A stretch of DNA of 20,000 bases from an uncultured virus (IMG/VR IMGVR_UViG_3300024261_001453) (taxonomy: Duplodnaviria > Heunggongvirae > Uroviricota > Caudoviricetes), in IMG/VR virus record IMGVR_UViG_3300024261_001453, one strand, 5' to 3'. Each line of letters begins with the position of its first letter. Position 1 is the stretch's first letter. The notes under the pieces were generated by a model. It ran no database searches and was not told where the DNA came from. It saw only the letters and a list, made by a program, of their open reading frames with translations. The position numbers were made by a program, and so were the translations under genes. Shown here in pieces: positions 7,899 through 13,900 of the stretch.

Positions 7899-8631
7899 GA
7901 TTGTTGATATTTTCGAGAGTGTTAAGGATGATATTTTTTCAATTCAACCATATTTATCTATTAATAATAATCTAAAAAATTTCACTACTAATACATTTAG
8001 TTTATCAATTCCGATGGAATTGGATGGGTTTGGTGTTGATACTGATGCTGAGATGATAAGTCTTATTAGGATTGAGATGAATCAAAGTATTTATAAAACA
8101 ATTTTGAAAGAATTATTCAATACTTCAAAATTTGATTATATAGATATTTCTAAAACTGTTAATACTCACCAATCTGTTAATGATATTATTGATTTTTTAT
8201 CTATTGATTGTATAGATAAAAAATATAAGTATTTAGTTACGAATACTTCTATGGCTAATTCAATAGGTGATAGTTCATTATTTAACTTTAAACCAAGTGC
8301 ATCGGTTGTAGAATCTCAAGGTTTACCATATTTATTTGGGTCTTTGATTAAATATGATGTTTATATAGATCCTTTTATGAAATTTGATGATAATAGAATT
8401 TGCTTATTTGATTCTTGTGAGATTAATATAGAGAATATAAATCAAACTGTTACATCAGCGGCCACATTTGCACCTAAGATGATGATAAGTTATGATGTGG
8501 CTTTTAAAATAGCAGACTCTAAGGTTATATTTGTTTTAGATGGTAATGAATCAAGTAGTTCTTATAAGCAATATAAACAATTACAGCGTGATATAAAAAT
8601 AAATTCTTTATTAGATGGCTCAACAGATTAA
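7879..8631 (+). CDS. Truncated, diverged paralog of the major capsid protein (C-terminal half of gp23)
   Basis: Collinear similarity to the MCP in this window: SLIRIEMNQSIYKTILKELF vs SILVNELSQTISKQIVAKIF; YLVTN vs YLITN; VYIDPFMKFDDNRICL vs IYVDPYMRYNDNRIAL; SAATFAPKMM vs SEATFAPRML. Confidence 0.85.
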   Translation: MSNVNFKIVDIFESVKDDIFSIQPYLSINNNLKNFTTNTFSLSIPMELDGFGVDTDAEMISLIRIEMNQSIYKTILKELFNTSKFDYIDISKTVNTHQSVNDIIDFLSIDCIDKKYKYLVTNTSMANSIGDSSLFNFKPSASVVESQGLPYLFGSLIKYDVYIDPFMKFDDNRICLFDSCEINIENINQTVTSAATFAPKMMISYDVAFKIADSKVIFVLDGNESSSSYKQYKQLQRDIKINSLLDGSTD

Positions 8632-8836
8632 TAATACATTCCAGGTGAATTCGGCTTCTAATAAAAATGCTATTGTGGTTGATCCAGATGGATACACAAC
8701 TATTGATAAATTAATACTTGTTGATCAAAAAGATGGAACTAAGTGGGATTTTTCAATTTATGATGGTGAGGTATTAGTTGAGCCACATGGTAAATCAGAA
8801 AAAAGAGAATATAGAATCAATAAGGTTATTTCTTAA
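8615..8836 (+). CDS. Small hypothetical protein (73 aa)
   Basis: Overlaps the upstream stop region; plausible composition; ends REYRINKVIS. Confidence 0.65.
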   Translation: MAQQINNTFQVNSASNKNAIVVDPDGYTTIDKLILVDQKDGTKWDFSIYDGEVLVEPHGKSEKREYRINKVIS

Positions 8837-9284
8837 TTAATTTAATCTTTAAGTTACCATTTCCTTTTATTAGTCTATGATAAACACCCATAGGTATTTC
8901 TACAATACCCTCAATTACTTTTGGAAGTTGATTATCGATTTGAATCATCCAATCAGTTTCATTTATAGACTCTATAATTCTATCTTCTCTATCACGATGC
9001 CAAATAAATTCACCTGAATCAGTTTCTTGTTTAAATTCTCTGATAAATGTATTCTCTGATAACTGTTCTTCAATAAATGGTAATACAACGTCTGGGTTTT
9101 CATTTTGCCATTCTTTCAAAGCTTTCATATCAAATTCTTTTAATTCATTATCATATCCACATTGGTGACATAAATATTTTCTATCATCATTTATTTCAAT
9201 TTCCCAATTCCAATCACAGTTATCACAAGTAATTTCTTTGATTTTAGCGATTTCGAATATTTTATATGTTTCTAAGTGTTTCAT
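8826..9284 (-). CDS. Zn-ribbon plus cupin-like protein with a capsid-targeting-like leader
   Basis: CDNC...CHQC, then WHRDREDR...EIPMGVYHRLIKG (cupin-like His motifs); begins MKHLETYKIFE. Confidence 0.7.
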   Translation of the reverse strand: MKHLETYKIFEIAKIKEITCDNCDWNWEIEINDDRKYLCHQCGYDNELKEFDMKALKEWQNENPDVVLPFIEEQLSENTFIREFKQETDSGEFIWHRDREDRIIESINETDWMIQIDNQLPKVIEGIVEIPMGVYHRLIKGNGNLKIKLIKK

Positions 9285-9304
9285 TTATTATAAATACTAA
9301 TATT

Positions 9305-9874
9305 TTACCAATACCCAGGGTAGGTTCGCCCATTCCAAAGATGTCCGTATTTCGTGAGACGACAAGCCCAATATCCAGCAGTTGTTCTATCCTTTTTGGT
9401 TGAGCATTTATGTCTAGCCGCGAAGCTCTTTCTAGCATCTGGGTTACTAACTTTAGCTGTTAGTCCACCATGTACATCTCCAAAGGCAAGTTTTTTAACA
9501 TTACCAGTCTTTGGGTTTTTAACATAAACGTGATATTTCTTAGTCCCGCCTCTTTTAGGATAATTTAATTTAACTTCTTTACCCTTATACTCTGCTTCAT
9601 TTAATTCTTGAATATTTTCTATTGGTAAATCAAGTGGTACTAATTCATTATTAAACACTCCGAACCTACCAATATCTGTTGATTCGAATAATTCATTATC
9701 TATATCACACAATTCAACAGTATTAGAATCGAATAACTTTCTAGCTTCTTTTATTACTTCATAAAAAGCATCTGAACCAGGTCTAAAAACATTTTCAGTT
9801 ATAGGTTTAGAACTATCTAAATGGTATTTTAGATTCTCTGATATTTCTTTATATTGATTAAATTTGTGTATCAT
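9305..9874 (-). CDS. Conserved phage protein with a basic C-terminal domain; leader MIHKFNQYKEISE
   Basis: KKYHVYVKNPKTGNVKKLAFG...ARKSFAARHKC...AGYWAC, a motif I recall from hypothetical proteins of aquatic T4-like phages. LNE|AEY junction before the basic domain. Confidence 0.7.
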   Translation of the reverse strand: MIHKFNQYKEISENLKYHLDSSKPITENVFRPGSDAFYEVIKEARKLFDSNTVELCDIDNELFESTDIGRFGVFNNELVPLDLPIENIQELNEAEYKGKEVKLNYPKRGGTKKYHVYVKNPKTGNVKKLAFGDVHGGLTAKVSNPDARKSFAARHKCSTKKDRTTAGYWACRLTKYGHLWNGRTYPGYW

Positions 9875-10290
9875 TCTTCTACTTCATTTTCACCATCACT
9901 TGTAAATTCAGAGAAGTTAATAACACCAACACCATCACTCTCAACACATTCGCATCCGGGGCATCCACATTCACAGCCAGCTTCTCCGGTGCAATTATCA
10001 CAACAAGCACAATCTCCTGATAAAGTTTCATCACTTTCTTCTTCTAATTCATTCTCCATATCAATATTCTCAATATTCTCAATATTATCGATGTTAATCG
10101 TTATGAAGTTTTCAAACTTAACAATCTTATCCATTTCTTTTTTAAATGCCTTATCAACCTTTTCTTGGTCCTCAACAGATGTTGTGAATCCAGGTTCAAC
10201 ATCTTTATCAACTAGTTCTTTAGCATCAAATGTAATTTCTTGTGTTTCTTCTTCTTTTTTGGCTTCATTAAACCTTTTAATCTTTTTCAT
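9871..10290 (-). CDS. Acidic protein with a Cys-rich, metallothionein-like segment
   Basis: Begins MKKIKRFNE; contains CACCDNCTGEAGCECGCPGCEC; 4-nt ATGA overlap with the next gene. Confidence 0.7.
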   Translation of the reverse strand: MKKIKRFNEAKKEEETQEITFDAKELVDKDVEPGFTTSVEDQEKVDKAFKKEMDKIVKFENFITINIDNIENIENIDMENELEEESDETLSGDCACCDNCTGEAGCECGCPGCECVESDGVGVINFSEFTSDGENEVEE

Positions 10291-10298
10291 AGTTTTAA

Positions 10299-10505
10299 TT
10301 ATTTCTTTTGGTACATTCCTTCCAGTACTTGGTACATAGCATCAACAACTCCATAAGAGTCAACTCCGAAGTCACCTTCATATTTTTCAGCAATTGAGAT
10401 TATATCCTTTTCAAGTTCTTCCCATTTATCTCCAGATCTTTGTTTTTTTAGAACATCATCCCAATTAAACTCTTCACTTTCGTTAAATTTCTTTAAGTGT
10501 TTCAT
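10299..10505 (-). CDS. Small hypothetical protein with a capsid-targeting-like leader
   Basis: Begins MKHLKKFNESEE; TAATG coupling with the upstream gene. Confidence 0.72.
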   Translation of the reverse strand: MKHLKKFNESEEFNWDDVLKKQRSGDKWEELEKDIISIAEKYEGDFGVDSYGVVDAMYQVLEGMYQKK

Positions 10506-10879
10506 TATTTACTACTTATTTTTTTAATTATCTGAGCACATTTTTCATACTCTTCTTTATCTTCATATTCAGTTAGAAACTCTCTTAATTGTTGAGTATC
10601 TGCCAATTCTAATTTTATTAGAAATTTAATTTCCTTTAATTCATCGAAGTTTTTTATTTCATGGTCAATTATTTTATCAACAATTTCTCTATCAAATTGT
10701 GACATTCCCATAAAATCATTCCAATCATTAATATCATTATCTTTTAAGAATTCTAAAATGTTAAATAAACAAGTATCTAATCTTGATTTTTTAGATGACT
10801 TATTTGTTTTTTTCTTATTAAATATCTTTCTAAAGAATTCTTCGTTTATAAATTCCATATAGCTATCGATTCTTATCAT
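10505..10879 (-). CDS. Hypothetical protein with a C-terminal UVR (UvrB/UvrC)-like motif; start reassigned to the ATG at 10879 (124 aa)
   Basis: The track start at 10906 is a TTG that would place the promoter motif inside the ORF. The ATG at 10879 gives MIRIDSYMEFINEE; the protein ends EYEDKEEYEKCAQIIKKI. Confidence 0.7.
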   Translation of the reverse strand: MIRIDSYMEFINEEFFRKIFNKKKTNKSSKKSRLDTCLFNILEFLKDNDINDWNDFMGMSQFDREIVDKIIDHEIKNFDELKEIKFLIKLELADTQQLREFLTEYEDKEEYEKCAQIIKKISSK

Positions 10880-10883
10880 TACA

Positions 10884-10927
10884 TATATATTAATTTTCTC
10901 TATCAAGAAATGTAAAATTAATATATA
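10884..10927. promoter_or_regulatory. Divergent pair of TTAATATATA late-type promoters
   Basis: ttaatatata on the minus strand (10884-10893) and on the plus strand (10918-10927), between divergent operons. Confidence 0.6.
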
Positions 10928-10949
10928 AACAAAACCGGAATGTAAATAG

Positions 10950-13900
10950 ATGTCAAATCATAAGAATCTTGTATTTTTCAATAAAGAAGGAGACTACTTA
11001 AACTTTAATTATAGTGAATCTAATGATAGATTCGAAGGAGATATGCTCTTTCACGAAAATTCAACAGATACGTTTAAGACTTATGGTCTTTATACTATGG
11101 AAAATATACCATCTTTTGAGTTTGAATTACCTGGTGAATTAACAACTAAAAAGTTTCAATTATTTAATGAATATGGTTTAAACCTATATGGTGCTAAGTA
11201 TGATGACCAAGATATAATAAATATCGAACCGGTTAATAACGATCCCTCTTTCTACTCTAAATGGATATATGGTATTGACTTTGAATCAAAATTCCCAACA
11301 GGAACACTTATCAAGTTTAATAGTCCTTTATTTGAGTTTAATAATATTAACCAAACATATGCTGTTGTTAGTAGTAAGAAAAATGCTATTATGATTATTG
11401 GGCAGATGGATAATGCTACATTTGAAAGTACTTACTATTCATCATATATTGATGTGAATAGTTATGATAATAAAACGATAACGGGAATTAATGCTGTTGG
11501 TGTTTATAATTATATAGATTCTTCTTATGATAATAATTTATCTGATTGGTCAGAGCCGGATTTTTATGATGAATATTATGTTGGTAAGAAATTAAATTTA
11601 GTTAATACTGAATTTAATGATTCGGTAGTCTCTGTTGAGAATATAGATGTTACAGATCAAGTTCATTTTGAATTCTCAACAAACAATTCTAATTTACCCG
11701 ATGATTCAAATTTTATAATAGAAGTTATAACAAAAACTGATATACCTAAGGTGTATGAAGGAGGGTTAAGTATAACTACTGATAGTAGAATCTATATAAA
11801 TAACGTTTTTAATTACCCACATATACTAAAATCTGGTACGGAATTCAAAATTATAGGATCTGTTGATAATCAAAATTTTTTAAGAGTTTCTAATATACCA
11901 ACATTTGCTGGTAACACACAATTAACATATTATGCTACACAGTCTCAAGTTTTATTCAATAATAGAATATATGAATGTGTAAAAGGTTATACACAAAGCT
12001 TTGCATCACAAACAACATCCTTTGTAACACCTTTAAATACTAATTATTGGTCTAACCCAACTTATGTTAAAGTTGAACAGTCCACGGTTGCAGAATCTTT
12101 ATTATCTGCTCAGATATATTTAACAACAGATAGATATTATTTTTATACTGGTTGGACTAGTTCAGCTGCTGTTACATTAGCGTCTGCTGCTGATAAATAT
12201 AAAGAAGATCTTAAAATATTTAATATTGATTTATTTTATAAAAATAATACATTAAAATCTGATTTAATTTATCCTAGTGATTATGCTAAAGTTAACTTTT
12301 ATCATAGTGAAATAGGTGCTACCTATTCCATCGGCTCTGAATTAAAAACTTCTGAGAGATTGGTTGAGGTTGAAGAAGAATTAAATTATGAATTAAATTA
12401 TGATATATCTGAGAATTTCAAATATAATATTGTTTTTACTGATATTGATGAATTTGGTATACTGGTCGAGGTCAATAAAATGATATATGATGAAGAAGTT
12501 GCCTTTATTTATACCGGATCAATCATTGATATGGAAAGAACAATAGATAGAACTTTAAGATCTTGGTTATCACGGTGGTATTTAAGATTATTATCATTAG
12601 GTATAATAGCTGAATTAAAATATGTAGGTAATTATACTTCTGTATTTTATAATTCAATTGTTTTGAGAACAGAATATCCTAATGTTCCACTTGATATAAA
12701 TAATGTTGAGGTTGGTATAACAGCAAATTATCATATAGAACACTCTAGAGTTTTGTTCGATGACATGGGACCATTTTTAAATATCATAATAAATGATGAA
12801 TCATATTCACAACAAACAATTTATAGTGGATTACTTCCGGATATCCCATCTACTTTATCAGCTTGGATGGAAAAACATTCTGAGATATTAGTCAGCTTCG
12901 AGATTTTCGTAACAAATATTAATAATTTATTGAAATTTGATATTAAGCATTTGGGTAGAAGACTAGATTATACAATAACTACTGGTAAATTAAATATACC
13001 GGGTTTACAAGATTATATAATAACAGAAAAGATATTAGGTAATCATGGTATGTTAATAGCTTCTAATGAGGTTTTACTACCTGATACATCATTAACATCA
13101 TTTGAGGATTCTGGGTTCGCTACGGGTATGGTATTTGCTATAAACAATACATACCATCCATATGTTAATCAAGATTTTAATATACAATTTTTAGACCCAC
13201 AGGTGCTGAATTTGAGTTATCAAGGACCTTTTTGGGGATTAACCGATAGTATTTGTAATTCATCAGCTTTTGTTACATTAGCATTTGATTATGGTTTTGG
13301 CCAAACTGGTTGCCAGCCAATAATTGTACCAACTCAATCTGAGGGTGGTGCGTTTGGCGGAGGTGATGATGGTGCTTCTCCAGGATTACCAATGAGCTCC
13401 TTCGATTTGAATATGTTCTCTTTATCATATAATCTGAATGAATATGTGGTTAATGAATATGATTTAAATTCTTTCTCTGGGACTACCGGATTAGTTGATA
13501 TTAAATATGTTCAGTTATCTAATTCTATGTATGCTTATGGAGATGAATTAGTTGTTATAGATGCTTATATAGGACAATATATAACAACAGTTGCTTTACC
13601 AGGTAATACACAAAGTATAGAGGTTGAATTTAACCCTATAAATAATTATCTTTACTGTTTATCTAAAAACAGTATTTATGTTGTTGATCCTCTTATTAAT
13701 ACCTTGATTAACACAATTTCTTTATCTAATGACGCTTTTGATATCGGGATGAATCCAATAAATGGTGATGTTTATGTTACATATGATAATATACCATATA
13801 TTGATATTTGGGAATATAATAATTTAACTAATATACCAAATCATAATCTGACAACACCATCACCATTAGATACTAAGACGGGAAAAATGGTATTTAATGA

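Noticed and set aside
9289..9296. Exact T4 late promoter TATAAATA on the + strand
   Set aside because: It points antisense into a minus-strand operon with no credible downstream + gene; expected by chance at this AT content.
9854..10339. 161-aa plus-strand ORF
   Set aside because: Ser-rich antisense shadow of the Glu-rich minus-strand gene, which is coupled to its neighbours.
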